37,976 nucleotides of DNA from a virus (lineage: Duplodnaviria > Caudoviricetes): IMG/VR virus record IMGVR_UViG_3300037467_000854, positions 1 through 37,976 of that record. One strand, given 5' to 3'. The position numbers and the translations under genes are program-made. The first letter of the stretch is position 1. Each line of letters begins with the position of its first letter. The notes beneath the pieces are model-generated. The model was not told where the DNA came from. It worked only from the letters and a program-made list of their open reading frames with translations, and did not search any database. Below are positions 1 to 9,226 of the stretch, piece by piece.

Positions 1-127
1 GGCGTGATGCAGTTCATGCCCGACACCTGGGCCGCATTCGGCAAGGGCGATCCGCGCGACCCGGTTGCTTCCATTGATGCCGGCGCCGCTTACATGAAAT
101 CCCTGATCGACCAGTACGGCGGGGATG
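1..127. repeat. Terminal direct repeat, left copy (circular assembly overlap)
   Basis: Bases 1-127 are identical to 37850-37976, and the reading frame of the gene spanning the junction is preserved. Confidence 0.95.
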
Positions 128-1215
128 TCCGGGCGGCGATTGCCCATTACAACGGGGGCGGCAAGGCGGGCGCCGCAGTGCGCGCAGGCAAAGAAGCGCC
201 GGCTGCGGAAACGCGCAACTACCTGCAGAGGGTGGACGACTATATGGCCCAGCGCGCCGGAACAGAAGCCGGCAAGGCCATGGCCGGCGATCCGGAAGCG
301 GTTGCCGCGGCGCGCGTGGCGCTCATCCGGCAGACGGTGGATTCTTGGAACCTTGCCGACCCTGCCGCCGCAGCCGGCGCGGAGCAGCATTTGACCGCCA
401 TCCTGCGCGCCTCTGACCAGCTCGGGGCTGGCGATATGGTGAACGTTACTCGCGACATCAGCCTGGACGATCTGGCGCACACCCGCATGCTGGACGATCT
501 TGTATCTCGCCTGGAGCGCACGCGAGCCGACCTGTTGCCAGACGTTGGCAACGTGATGGAGCCGGGCGCGGTGCGTCAGGTGCGCGACGAAATCAACACG
601 CTGCAGCAACAGCGTGCCAGCATCACAGACGAGGCAATCAAGGCGCGCGCGAAGGAAGTGCAGCAGGCAGATGGCGTCAGCTACAAGCAGGCGCTGGCTG
701 CTGCCAAGAAGGAAATGGACACCAGGCTGCAGGACACTGAGGCGCGCATTACCGCACTGGAAAACCAGCTGGACACCAACCGCAGCGCGGAGCAGGCCCG
801 GCAGCAATTGGCCGCGCTGGACACACAGATTGAGGGGGTGAAGCAGCGGCGGGCTGGAACCGAGGCGCCGACCCCGAAAGCCGGTGCGCTGGCAGTCAAA
901 CAGGCGCTGAGTTCCGAACCTGCCGCCCCGCGCAACGTTCTGGAGCGTCAGCCAGCGCCGGCCAAGGCGGCGGAACCGTCCGGGCCAGCCGCGAAGACGA
1001 CAGATGCGGGAGGCAATCAAGCCGGCGCCATGCTGGACGCCCAGGCTGCGGAAATCGCCCGTCTATCGCCAGACATGATGGTTCAACTGGAGGGGATGGA
1101 AAAGCCGATGCGCTTGGCTGACGCGCTGGAATCAGTCAAGGCGGAAGCAGCACAAGACGCCGCCGACGCCCCGCTGCTGGAAGTCGCAGCCAACTGCTTC
1201 TTGCGGGCAGCCTAG
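1..1215 (+). CDS. C-terminal part of internal virion protein with SLT lytic transglycosylase domain (continues from 36818 across the junction; about 748 aa in total)
   Basis: SLT motifs GVMQFMPDTW, ASIDAGAAYM and AIAHYNGG, followed by a coiled-coil region; in frame with the ORF starting at 36818. Confidence 0.88.
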   Translation, partial: GVMQFMPDTWAAFGKGDPRDPVASIDAGAAYMKSLIDQYGGDVRAAIAHYNGGGKAGAAVRAGKEAPAAETRNYLQRVDDYMAQRAGTEAGKAMAGDPEAVAAARVALIRQTVDSWNLADPAAAAGAEQHLTAILRASDQLGAGDMVNVTRDISLDDLAHTRMLDDLVSRLERTRADLLPDVGNVMEPGAVRQVRDEINTLQQQRASITDEAIKARAKEVQQADGVSYKQALAAAKKEMDTRLQDTEARITALENQLDTNRSAEQARQQLAALDTQIEGVKQRRAGTEAPTPKAGALAVKQALSSEPAAPRNVLERQPAPAKAAEPSGPAAKTTDAGGNQAGAMLDAQAAEIARLSPDMMVQLEGMEKPMRLADALESVKAEAAQDAADAPLLEVAANCFLRAA

Positions 1216-1406
1216 TTAAGCCAGTGAAACAGCCAGCCGGCCATCGCAACCAGGACGGCCGGCACCACGATAAAGGACATGGCGATCCAGTACCGCTTGA
1301 ACCCATGCAGCCCATGCCGCCAATTGCCCGTGGCAGCCCATACCGCAAGCGGGATGATGAGGCTCAAGCCAAGGATGGCGCCGACCGTTTTGACGAAAGT
1401 GAGCAT
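1212..1406 (-). CDS. Small two-TM membrane protein, antisense moron (64 aa); candidate superinfection exclusion
   Basis: Fills the gap between two ejection-protein genes on the opposite strand; two hydrophobic segments joined by a GNWRH loop. Confidence 0.65.
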   Translation of the reverse strand: MLTFVKTVGAILGLSLIIPLAVWAATGNWRHGLHGFKRYWIAMSFIVVPAVLVAMAGWLFHWLN

Positions 1407-1411
1407 GTGAC

Positions 1412-3907
1412 ATGAAACCACACTGCATCCAAGCCGTGCAACTGGCAGCTGGCCGGGCCTTGACCCAGGCCGAAATCCAGAAGATTGACGACCGTATTTC
1501 CGCCACCATGCGCCGCCTGGCGCGGCAGGACGTGCAGGGCTGGGCCGCCAAATCGACCGATCAGCGGGTGTTGGAAGGGGCAGCGCAGGCCATGAAAGAC
1601 ATTCAGGCCGAAGCGCAATTGAAGGTGCAGCGCGCCCAGCTCCAGGTGGTCAAGACCGCCGCCATGGAAAGCCGGGTGGTGGACCTGATGGCCAACTACG
1701 CCACCGGACGCAGCAAGGCGCTGGTGCATGAGATGGATCAGACCGCCAGCTACATCGAAGGCATCAAGCGGGAACACGTCGCCCAGCTGATGGATTTGCT
1801 GGATGCGGTCGAAAGCCGGCAAGGCGCAAGTGTGGCCCGCCGTGGCCTGATGCTGCTGTTTGACGCGGAAAACCCGACCATGCGGGTGGACCTGGCCACC
1901 GAAATCTTCCGCAATGCCGATGGCAGCTCGGGCAATACCCTGGCGCAAAAGGGCGCCAAGGCCTGGCTCGATACCATCGAATCCATGCGCCAGCGCTTCA
2001 ATTTCGCAGGCGGGGATGTTGGCAAGCTCGAATATGGCTACCTGCCACAGCCGCATGACCAGGCGCGGGTGAGAGGGGCAGGAACGGCCGCCGCGCGGGA
2101 CAAGTGGGTAGGCGACATCCTGCCGTTGCTGGACCGCTCGCGCTATCTCCTGGAAGACGGCAAGCAGATGAGCGACACCCAGCTGGCCCAAGTGTTAAAC
2201 GGTGTGTGGGAAACCATTTCCACGGGCGGGCTGAACAAGAAGGAGCCGGGCCAGTTCGCCGGGACCGGCGCGCGCGCCAACGCTGGTAGCGCCTCGCGTG
2301 AGATCCACTTCAAGGACTCCAGCGGCTATCTGGCCTACATGCGCGATTACGGCATGGGCGATATGTACGACGCCATGCTGGGCCACATCAGCGGCTTGTC
2401 GCGGGACATTGGCCTGGTGGAGCGCTACGGCCCGAACCCGGCGCAACAGATGCGCCTGCAGTTCGACTTGGCCGAGAAAGCCGACCTCGGCATCAAGCGG
2501 GCGTTCGGCATGCGCCCGCAATCGTATTGGGATGTGCTGTCCGGAAAATCGGGCATGGCCGAGCATGGCTCCATTGCCCGCGTGGCCCAGGACATCCGCA
2601 ACATCGAAACCTTCGGCAAGCTGGCCGGCGCCGTGCTGTCGTCCGTCACCGACCTGGGAACGTATTTCGTCACCACGGGGTTCAACAAGCTCTCGTATTG
2701 GGAGGCAGTCAAGAACATCGTCAAGCAATCCAGCGGCGACACCCGGGACTTCCTGACCATGCACGGCATCATTGCCGAATCCATGGTGTCGAACCTGAAC
2801 CGCTGGAGCGGGGACAATATCCGCAATAACTGGTCCGGCCGGCTGGCGAACAGCACCATGAAGCTGTCGCTGATGAATGCCTGGACCGATACCCTGCGCA
2901 GGGCGTTTTCCATGACCATGATGAACGGCCTGGCCAAGCTGTCCAAAACAGATTGGGCCGGACTGTCGGAATGGGACCGCTCGCACCTAACCAGGAAGGG
3001 CATCACGGAAGACGACTGGAACGTGATCCGCGCGGGGCAACTGACCGACTTCAACGGCGCGCAATTCCTGACGCCCGAGGCTATCCGTGCCAGCGGCGAT
3101 GCGCGCGCCAATGAGGTGGTGGCCAAGGTCATCGGCCTGATTACCGATGAGTCCGAATATGCGGTCATCAATCCCGACCTGGCTACCCGCACCCTGCAAT
3201 CCGGCGGCGGCATGCCGGCCGGGACCATCCGCGGCGAGCTGGCGCGCTCGGTGATGCAGTTCAAGTCCTTCCCGGTGGCGATGATTTCCCGCCACTGGCG
3301 CAGGATGCTGGACGCGCCGCAAGGCTTGGACGGTGCGCCGGCCTTGGCCAACCGACTGGCTTACGGTGGCGCGATGATGGTTGCGCTTACCTCACTGGGG
3401 GCTGTCGCCTTCCAGGCCAAGCAGATCGTCCAGGGCAAAGACCCGCTGGACATGACGACGCCGAAATTCTGGATGCGTGCCGTGGCGCAGGGTGGTGGGC
3501 TGGGCATCGTGGGTGATTTCCTGTTGACAGACCCGACCGAGAATCCGGGCGACTCCACCGCCAACGCCATCAAGAACCTGGCCGGCCCGTCCATTGGCAG
3601 CGCCTACGACCTGGTGGGCAAGCTGGGCATCGAGAACGTCTATGAAGCCGCGCACGGCAAGGACACGCACCTGGGCGCAGAAGGCGTGCGCTTCGCGCGT
3701 GGACATCTTCCTTACCTGAATCTTTGGTACGCCAAGGCAGCGCTCGATCACGCCGGCCTGCACGCTCTACAAGAAAACCTGTCGCCCGGCTACCTGAGCA
3801 AGATGCAGCAGCGCGCGCGCCGCGACTGGAATCAGGATTACTGGTGGAAGCCCGGCAGCAACGCGCCGGACCGGGTGCCCGATATGACCGCAGTAGGAGG
3901 AAACTGA
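1412..3907 (+). CDS. Large internal virion/DNA ejection protein (T7 gp16-like position, 831 aa)
   Basis: Long helical ORF ending the internal-protein cluster, with hydrophobic Gly-rich C-terminal segments; call is mainly by synteny. Confidence 0.75.
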   Translation: MKPHCIQAVQLAAGRALTQAEIQKIDDRISATMRRLARQDVQGWAAKSTDQRVLEGAAQAMKDIQAEAQLKVQRAQLQVVKTAAMESRVVDLMANYATGRSKALVHEMDQTASYIEGIKREHVAQLMDLLDAVESRQGASVARRGLMLLFDAENPTMRVDLATEIFRNADGSSGNTLAQKGAKAWLDTIESMRQRFNFAGGDVGKLEYGYLPQPHDQARVRGAGTAAARDKWVGDILPLLDRSRYLLEDGKQMSDTQLAQVLNGVWETISTGGLNKKEPGQFAGTGARANAGSASREIHFKDSSGYLAYMRDYGMGDMYDAMLGHISGLSRDIGLVERYGPNPAQQMRLQFDLAEKADLGIKRAFGMRPQSYWDVLSGKSGMAEHGSIARVAQDIRNIETFGKLAGAVLSSVTDLGTYFVTTGFNKLSYWEAVKNIVKQSSGDTRDFLTMHGIIAESMVSNLNRWSGDNIRNNWSGRLANSTMKLSLMNAWTDTLRRAFSMTMMNGLAKLSKTDWAGLSEWDRSHLTRKGITEDDWNVIRAGQLTDFNGAQFLTPEAIRASGDARANEVVAKVIGLITDESEYAVINPDLATRTLQSGGGMPAGTIRGELARSVMQFKSFPVAMISRHWRRMLDAPQGLDGAPALANRLAYGGAMMVALTSLGAVAFQAKQIVQGKDPLDMTTPKFWMRAVAQGGGLGIVGDFLLTDPTENPGDSTANAIKNLAGPSIGSAYDLVGKLGIENVYEAAHGKDTHLGAEGVRFARGHLPYLNLWYAKAALDHAGLHALQENLSPGYLSKMQQRARRDWNQDYWWKPGSNAPDRVPDMTAVGGN

Positions 3908-4263
3908 TGCGCCCCGATCAATTGCAGATGCTGGAAGACCTGACCGAAAAGCTGGCGGACGTCTTCATTACCGAAGCTGACCCCGACAACTGGAGCGGCG
4001 CCGGGAAGCTGCCGGCCGACATGAGCGTGGAAGAACGGGGCAACCGCCATTGGGACCGCAAAGGGGCCATGGGAACCGGCGGCGTGCTGCGCTATACCCT
4101 TGACCTGATCCAGTCCGGAAAGACCAACACGATCAATGACACGGCCATCCAAGAGGGCAGGGATGCCGACTTGGACAAGAAAATCCGCCTGGCTGAAAAG
4201 CGCGCAGAAGATGCGGTCAAGCGGGTGATGGACAAGGCGAAGAAAGAAGCCAAGGTCAAATGA
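3907..4263 (+). CDS. terS: Putative terminase small subunit (118 aa)
   Basis: ATG overlaps the upstream TGA; lies immediately before terL with an overlap; small, charged, helical protein. Confidence 0.6.
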   Translation: MRPDQLQMLEDLTEKLADVFITEADPDNWSGAGKLPADMSVEERGNRHWDRKGAMGTGGVLRYTLDLIQSGKTNTINDTAIQEGRDADLDKKIRLAEKRAEDAVKRVMDKAKKEAKVK

Positions 4264-5879
4264 AGATTTCCCTGGTCGCGTTTTTCATGCTGTGGGCCGA
4301 CCGGATGCGGTGGGAGGTGCCGGACGTGCATATCCGCGCCTGTCACTGGCTGGAGCATCGGGGCGACCTGGCCGTATTGCGCTGCTTCCGCGGCTTCGGC
4401 AAGTCCACCCTGCTGGCGGTCTACAACGCCTGGCGCTACTACCAGGACCCGACCTATCGCATTCTCCACCAATCAGAAGCCGACCCAACCGCCTACAAGA
4501 CCAGCCGGGACACGCAAAACGTCCTGCGCAATCACCCGCTGACCGAAGGCTTGTTGCCGCCGGGGCAGGGCACGGTGGAACAGTGGTGGGTGGATGGCAG
4601 CAGTGATGCGCGAAACGCCAGCATGTACGCCCGCGGCATCCTGTCCAACGTCACCAGCGCGCGCGCCGACGAGTGCCAGAACGATGACGTGGAAGTGCCG
4701 CGCAACATCCAGACGCCCGAAGCGCGGGAAAAGCTCGAATACCGCCTGAGCGAACAGACCTTCATCCTGGTGCCGGGCGGCCGGCAGCTTTTCATCGGCA
4801 CCCCACACACCCATGACAGCCTCTATGACAAGATGGAAGCACTCGGATCGGATTGCCTGACCATCCCGCTGTTCCGGGATGAATACCCTATCGATGACGC
4901 CAAGCACACGGCGTATGACCTTCCATTTGCACCTGAATATGTCTTCTTCGGGGTGGGCAAGAATTCGCGCCTGATGGTGGAAGGCGTCGATTATCAAGTG
5001 AAGGGCAAGCGCTTGATCTTCGCGTCCGCGCCCGGCGGGCTGGTGGATTGCTATGCAGGCTGCGCATGGCCGGAACGGTTCGACCGCGCCGACTTGGAAA
5101 AGCGGCGCCGCAAGACCAAGACCAAGAACTATTGGGACAGCCAGTACCAGCTGCACAGCAAGCCGGTCCACGAACTGCGGCTGGACCCGGCGAAGATTCG
5201 CGCTTACGCACTCCAGCCGCGACTGGAAACGGCGAACCGCCAAGTGCGCATGATGCTTGGCCATGTGCAGATCGTATCTGGCCGCGCCTACTGGGACCCG
5301 TCGCTCGGCAAGGTGGGTGGGGATGCCTCGGCTTTCTCTGTGGTCTATGACGACAGCCTAGGCAATTACTACTGGCATGCGTGCGAAGCCTTGACCGGCG
5401 AGTTTGCCGAATTCAGCGACACGCGAAACACGGTCATCACCGCCGGCCAGGTGCTGCAAGCCTGCGACATCATTGCCCGCTGCAACATCCTGCACGTCTA
5501 TGTGGAAACGAACGGGGCAGGCTCTTTCACCGGCAAGCTCCTGCAGCGCGCGCTCAAGCAGCGCAACCTCGCGTGTGGCGTCACCGAAGTGCAGACAAAA
5601 GCGAACAAGAACGACCGCATCCTGGGTGCGCTGGAGCCGCCCCTGAAATCGGGAACCCTGTGGGCGCACGTGGATGTGCTGGACGGTCCTTTGTGGGACC
5701 AGATGAAGGACTGGAACCCGGCCGTGCGTCAGCAGCCTGACGACTTCCTGGACTCGGGCGCAGGAGCGATTGAGCAGGCGCCGGTTCGCATCAATAAAAC
5801 TGTCGAGAAACCGACCCCCACCCTCGCAGATGATTGGCGCGGAACCGCGGGCGTCCATGAAGTGACGCTCGAAGTCTAG
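4260..5879 (+). CDS. terL: Terminase large subunit
   Basis: T7 gp19-type Walker A (FRGFGKST), Walker B (NDDVE), motif III (IGTPH) and RNase H-like nuclease acidic motifs (WDPS, GDASA, VETN, PDDFLD). Confidence 0.93.
   Translation: MKISLVAFFMLWADRMRWEVPDVHIRACHWLEHRGDLAVLRCFRGFGKSTLLAVYNAWRYYQDPTYRILHQSEADPTAYKTSRDTQNVLRNHPLTEGLLPPGQGTVEQWWVDGSSDARNASMYARGILSNVTSARADECQNDDVEVPRNIQTPEAREKLEYRLSEQTFILVPGGRQLFIGTPHTHDSLYDKMEALGSDCLTIPLFRDEYPIDDAKHTAYDLPFAPEYVFFGVGKNSRLMVEGVDYQVKGKRLIFASAPGGLVDCYAGCAWPERFDRADLEKRRRKTKTKNYWDSQYQLHSKPVHELRLDPAKIRAYALQPRLETANRQVRMMLGHVQIVSGRAYWDPSLGKVGGDASAFSVVYDDSLGNYYWHACEALTGEFAEFSDTRNTVITAGQVLQACDIIARCNILHVYVETNGAGSFTGKLLQRALKQRNLACGVTEVQTKANKNDRILGALEPPLKSGTLWAHVDVLDGPLWDQMKDWNPAVRQQPDDFLDSGAGAIEQAPVRINKTVEKPTPTLADDWRGTAGVHEVTLEV
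5797..5834 (+). promoter_or_regulatory. Putative late promoter, copy 1 (inside terL 3' end, upstream of tailspike/lysis)
   Basis: AAACTGTCGAGAAACCGAC at 5797-5815, with -10-like GATGAT at 5829-5834; same geometry as copies at 26293 and 29521. Confidence 0.7.
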
Positions 5880-5919
5880 CGCCGGCAACGGTCGGCGCGC
5901 TTCCCGCTAAGAGGCCGCC

Positions 5920-8001
5920 GTGACCGTCACCGTACAAGATACCGTTTTCTCCCACACCGGCAACGGCGTCAGCACCGTCTTTGGCTTTGGCTGCTTGCTT
6001 CTCGCCCAGGATGACATGGTTGTGCTGGTCGACGGCGAAGAGCAGTTGGGCGGATATACCGTATCCGGACTGGGTTCTCCTGCCGGCGGCAATGTCACCT
6101 TCAGCAGCCCCCCGGCGAACGGTGCCGCCATCATCCTGCAGCGCAAGCTGTCCCTCAAGCGCGAAACCGATTACCAGCAGTTTGGCGACTGGAAGGCCGG
6201 TGTGGTCAATCCGGACTTCGACCGCCTGTGGATGGCCAACCAGCAGCAGCAGGAAGAACTTGAGCGCGCCGCACGCTTCCCGGTCGGCACCAAGAACAAG
6301 TCAGCTGAATTGCCATTGCCGGCCGCCGGCCGCGGTCTGAAGTGGGATTCGAACGAAGGCGTCCTGGTCAATACGAGTTACGACCTGGACGCGCTTGGTG
6401 CGAGCGCCGCATCAAGCGCAAGTGCGGCAGCGGCGTCCGCATCCTCTGCCGTATCCTCTGCAAGCAGCGCCTCCAGCAGTGCGTCTGCTGCGTCGGGCAG
6501 CGCTGCGTCGGCGGCTTCCAGTGCTTCGGCTGCTGCAGGATCGGCGTCGACGGCAAGCTCTGCTGCTTCGACTGCCTCCGCCATCTCGGCCGGGCTGGCC
6601 GACCCGACCGGCTCCTCGCTGGTCGGCTTCAAGCAAGCCGGAACTGGCGCCGTCAACCGCACTGTGCAGGACCGGCTGCGCGAAATGTCCAGCGTCAAGG
6701 ACTTCGGGGCCGTGGGGAATGGCACGACGGATGACGCCACGGCGGTGGGCAATGCGATGACCAGCTCGCCGCGCTTTATCCGCCTTCCCTATGCTAGCGG
6801 CGGCTACCGAATTTCAAGCCTGACCGTGGGCGGTTACGATGGCCTGGGCGGCGACAAGATGTTGGAGAGCTACGTTTCGACCGATGGTATAACGGTCAAC
6901 GGGGCATTCACCGAAATTAAGAACGTACGCCTGGACACTGGGGCGTCCGCAAACTACGCCGTGACCTACGTCACGGACACAAATATCTATGCCAACTTCG
7001 CCAACCATATCAACAATGTCAGACTGTTCGGCCTGAATGGCATCACCAATGGCGGCGCCGAGACCAAGATTCAAAACGTCTATGGCAAAGGCACCGGCAA
7101 CACCAACGGTGGTACCTTCCTCAACATCACGAACTGGGACACCTCAGCCCACACGATTGAGTGCGAGGACTATCAGACCGGCGTGCGGACGAACGGGCGC
7201 GGATACCAGGGGGTCGACACCCATGTGGTGCGCGCCGATACGGCAATTGCCGTCAGCTCGCAAGGGCACCCTACGCAGTTGGTCAACAACTACCTGGACA
7301 CGCCGCGTAGCTTCGGCGCTCAGTTCAGCGACATGTCGGACGCCTCGTTCGTCAACACCTACGTCCTCAACGTGGGCGATGCTGCGACTTCGACCAGTGC
7401 GAGTGGAATTCTGCTGGACACCACCTCCACAGACAACAACTTCATCAACACCTATTTCAAGCAAGCTGATGACACGAAATGGGCGGGCGGCTTTGGCTTC
7501 CAATCCGGCAGCATCAATAACCTCATCGTGGGTGCGGGCGGGTCTTACAAGCTGACCACGAACAGCAAAGATCGCATTCGCAATCAGACCGTTCTTGGCT
7601 GTCATGGTGGCTGGGCGCGGCACAACAACGTCCCGCGCATGAACCGTGCGTATGCACCGGCTGTCGCCGTTGGTGCACAAACCACGCTGGCATTCCAGTT
7701 GGATTGGACTTACCCCACGCTGACCTTCAACACGGTTCTGTTCGTCGGCAATTACGTCTCGCGCACTACTTCCTCCAAGGCCGCCGTGGGGCGCTTCATC
7801 ATCCCCATCAGCTACAGCGACATCGGCTGCTCGCCGGTGGTCGAGAAGCTGACTGGCAGCCCCAACAACAACTGGGCGATCATCTCCGCCAGTTTGTCGG
7901 GCAGCGTGCTGTCGGTGGTAGTCCAGAACAACAGCGAAGCAACCGCGGGCATATCGGTCGAGCTGCAGCGCTCACTGGACGCCATTAGCGCAACCTACTG
8001 A
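5920..8001 (+). CDS. Tailspike/tail fibre with beta-helix (pectate lyase-like) domain
   Basis: T7 gp17-like N-terminal attachment domain (GNGVSTVF...DFDRLWM), Ser/Ala linker, SVKDFGAVGNGTTDD beta-helix cap motif and Asn/Gly/Thr-rich body. Confidence 0.88.
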   Translation: MTVTVQDTVFSHTGNGVSTVFGFGCLLLAQDDMVVLVDGEEQLGGYTVSGLGSPAGGNVTFSSPPANGAAIILQRKLSLKRETDYQQFGDWKAGVVNPDFDRLWMANQQQQEELERAARFPVGTKNKSAELPLPAAGRGLKWDSNEGVLVNTSYDLDALGASAASSASAAAASASSAVSSASSASSSASAASGSAASAASSASAAAGSASTASSAASTASAISAGLADPTGSSLVGFKQAGTGAVNRTVQDRLREMSSVKDFGAVGNGTTDDATAVGNAMTSSPRFIRLPYASGGYRISSLTVGGYDGLGGDKMLESYVSTDGITVNGAFTEIKNVRLDTGASANYAVTYVTDTNIYANFANHINNVRLFGLNGITNGGAETKIQNVYGKGTGNTNGGTFLNITNWDTSAHTIECEDYQTGVRTNGRGYQGVDTHVVRADTAIAVSSQGHPTQLVNNYLDTPRSFGAQFSDMSDASFVNTYVLNVGDAATSTSASGILLDTTSTDNNFINTYFKQADDTKWAGGFGFQSGSINNLIVGAGGSYKLTTNSKDRIRNQTVLGCHGGWARHNNVPRMNRAYAPAVAVGAQTTLAFQLDWTYPTLTFNTVLFVGNYVSRTTSSKAAVGRFIIPISYSDIGCSPVVEKLTGSPNNNWAIISASLSGSVLSVVVQNNSEATAGISVELQRSLDAISATY

Positions 8002-8036
8002 CATCAACTTCTATTTTGACTACCGGGCAGACCCCA

Positions 8037-8210
8037 ATGGACAAACAAGACAGCATCCTCTCTGCAGCAGGCAAGGTTGCTGTCGCCTGGGCAGGCGGCA
8101 TCCTCGGAATGAAATTGTCCGATTGGGTGCTGGCGGTGACGTTGATCTATACCGTGGCCCAACTGTTCTTTCTGCTGCGGGACAAGTGGTGGAGGGAGCG
8201 GACAAAGTGA
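8037..8210 (+). CDS. Holin (57 aa)
   Basis: Small protein with hydrophobic segments and a basic C-terminus (RDKWWRERTK), overlapping the endolysin start. Confidence 0.75.
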   Translation: MDKQDSILSAAGKVAVAWAGGILGMKLSDWVLAVTLIYTVAQLFFLLRDKWWRERTK

Positions 8211-8713
8211 GCCGCGCCCGCATCCTGGTCGCAGCGCTGTCGCTCAGCGCGGCGGGGTTCGTGGCCATCGTTGGCCAGGAGGGCTACACCGACACCGCCA
8301 TTGTGCCGACCAAAAACGACCGGCCGACGGTTGGCTTTGGCAGCACCTTTCGCGAAGATGGCTCGCGCGTGGCCATGGGCGATAAGACTACCCCGGTCCG
8401 CGCCGTCATTGCCGCGGCTGCCCACATCAGCAAGGAAGAGGCGGCGTTCCGCAAGTCGCTGCCAGGCGTAGAGCTGTACCAGGTCGAATATGACCTGTAC
8501 ATGGATTGGGTCTACCAGTACGGGAACGGCCGCTGGAATTCGTCTTCGATGCGACGCGAGCTGCTTGCGGGCCGCTACGGGCAGGCGTGCGATGCGCTGT
8601 TGCTCTACAAGTTCTCCGGTGGGTTCGATTGCTCGATACCTGGTAACAGGGTCTGTGCCGGCGTCTGGACCAGGCAGCAAGCCCGTCACGCCAAGTGCCT
8701 GGAGGCGCAATGA
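8207..8713 (+). CDS. SAR endolysin, GH24 phage lysozyme
   Basis: Ala/Gly-rich hydrophobic N-terminal SAR segment followed by the EG...D..T.GFGST catalytic region; position within the lysis cassette. Confidence 0.88.
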   Translation: MSRARILVAALSLSAAGFVAIVGQEGYTDTAIVPTKNDRPTVGFGSTFREDGSRVAMGDKTTPVRAVIAAAAHISKEEAAFRKSLPGVELYQVEYDLYMDWVYQYGNGRWNSSSMRRELLAGRYGQACDALLLYKFSGGFDCSIPGNRVCAGVWTRQQARHAKCLEAQ

Positions 8714-9123
8714 GTGCCGCTGCGAAGATCATGCTCGCCTTGGCACTGCTTGCACTCGGCGCCGCCGGCGGTTGGACCGCCCAAGGCTGGCGCAAAGACG
8801 CTCAGATTTCCGATCTGCAGCGCGACCAAGCCGACACCAATGCTGGCCAGTACAAAGCCGCCCTGGACGATTTTGAGGCCGCCAGCAAGCGGATCAATGC
8901 GGCCGCCGCCGGCGCCAAGGTCGATCTTTCCGCCGTCAACGGACAGCTGGCCGCCATCCGAAAGGATTTCCAGAATGCGAAGCCTCTACCTATTGATTGC
9001 AAGCCTGATGCTGAGCGCGTGCGCAGGCTCACCGCAACAGCCGCCGCCGTCGACCAAGCCATTGCTCGATCAGTCGCTGGCAGCGCCGTGCCGCCAGAAT
9101 GGCCAGCCGGTGGTCGCCAATGA
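8710..9123 (+). CDS. rz: Inner-membrane spanin (Rz-like)
   Basis: N-terminal TM segment followed by GW...W and a coiled coil; directly after the endolysin. Confidence 0.8.
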   Translation: MSAAAKIMLALALLALGAAGGWTAQGWRKDAQISDLQRDQADTNAGQYKAALDDFEAASKRINAAAAGAKVDLSAVNGQLAAIRKDFQNAKPLPIDCKPDAERVRRLTATAAAVDQAIARSVAGSAVPPEWPAGGRQ

Positions 9124-9223
9124 TTACGATTCTTGGCAAGACTGGGTTGAAACGGTTGTGCTGCCCAACTATGCGGATTGCGCGGTCAGGTATGCACGGA
9201 CGGTGAAGGCTTGGCCAAAATAG
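8975..9223 (+). CDS. rz1: Outer-membrane spanin lipoprotein (Rz1-like, overlapping Rz)
   Basis: Signal peptide with lipobox LSAC and Pro-rich mature part, in an alternative frame overlapping Rz. Confidence 0.8.
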   Translation: MRSLYLLIASLMLSACAGSPQQPPPSTKPLLDQSLAAPCRQNGQPVVANDYDSWQDWVETVVLPNYADCAVRYARTVKAWPK

Positions 9224-9226
9224 ACC

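Noticed and set aside
1-127. 127-bp terminal repeat as a biological direct terminal repeat
   Set aside because: It falls in the middle of a gene and its length equals a common assembler k-mer, so it is best explained as circular contig overlap.
6399-6594. Ser/Ala-rich repeat in the tailspike as a VNTR or contingency locus
   Set aside because: Codons are heterogeneous; this is a protein-level low-complexity linker common in tail fibres.
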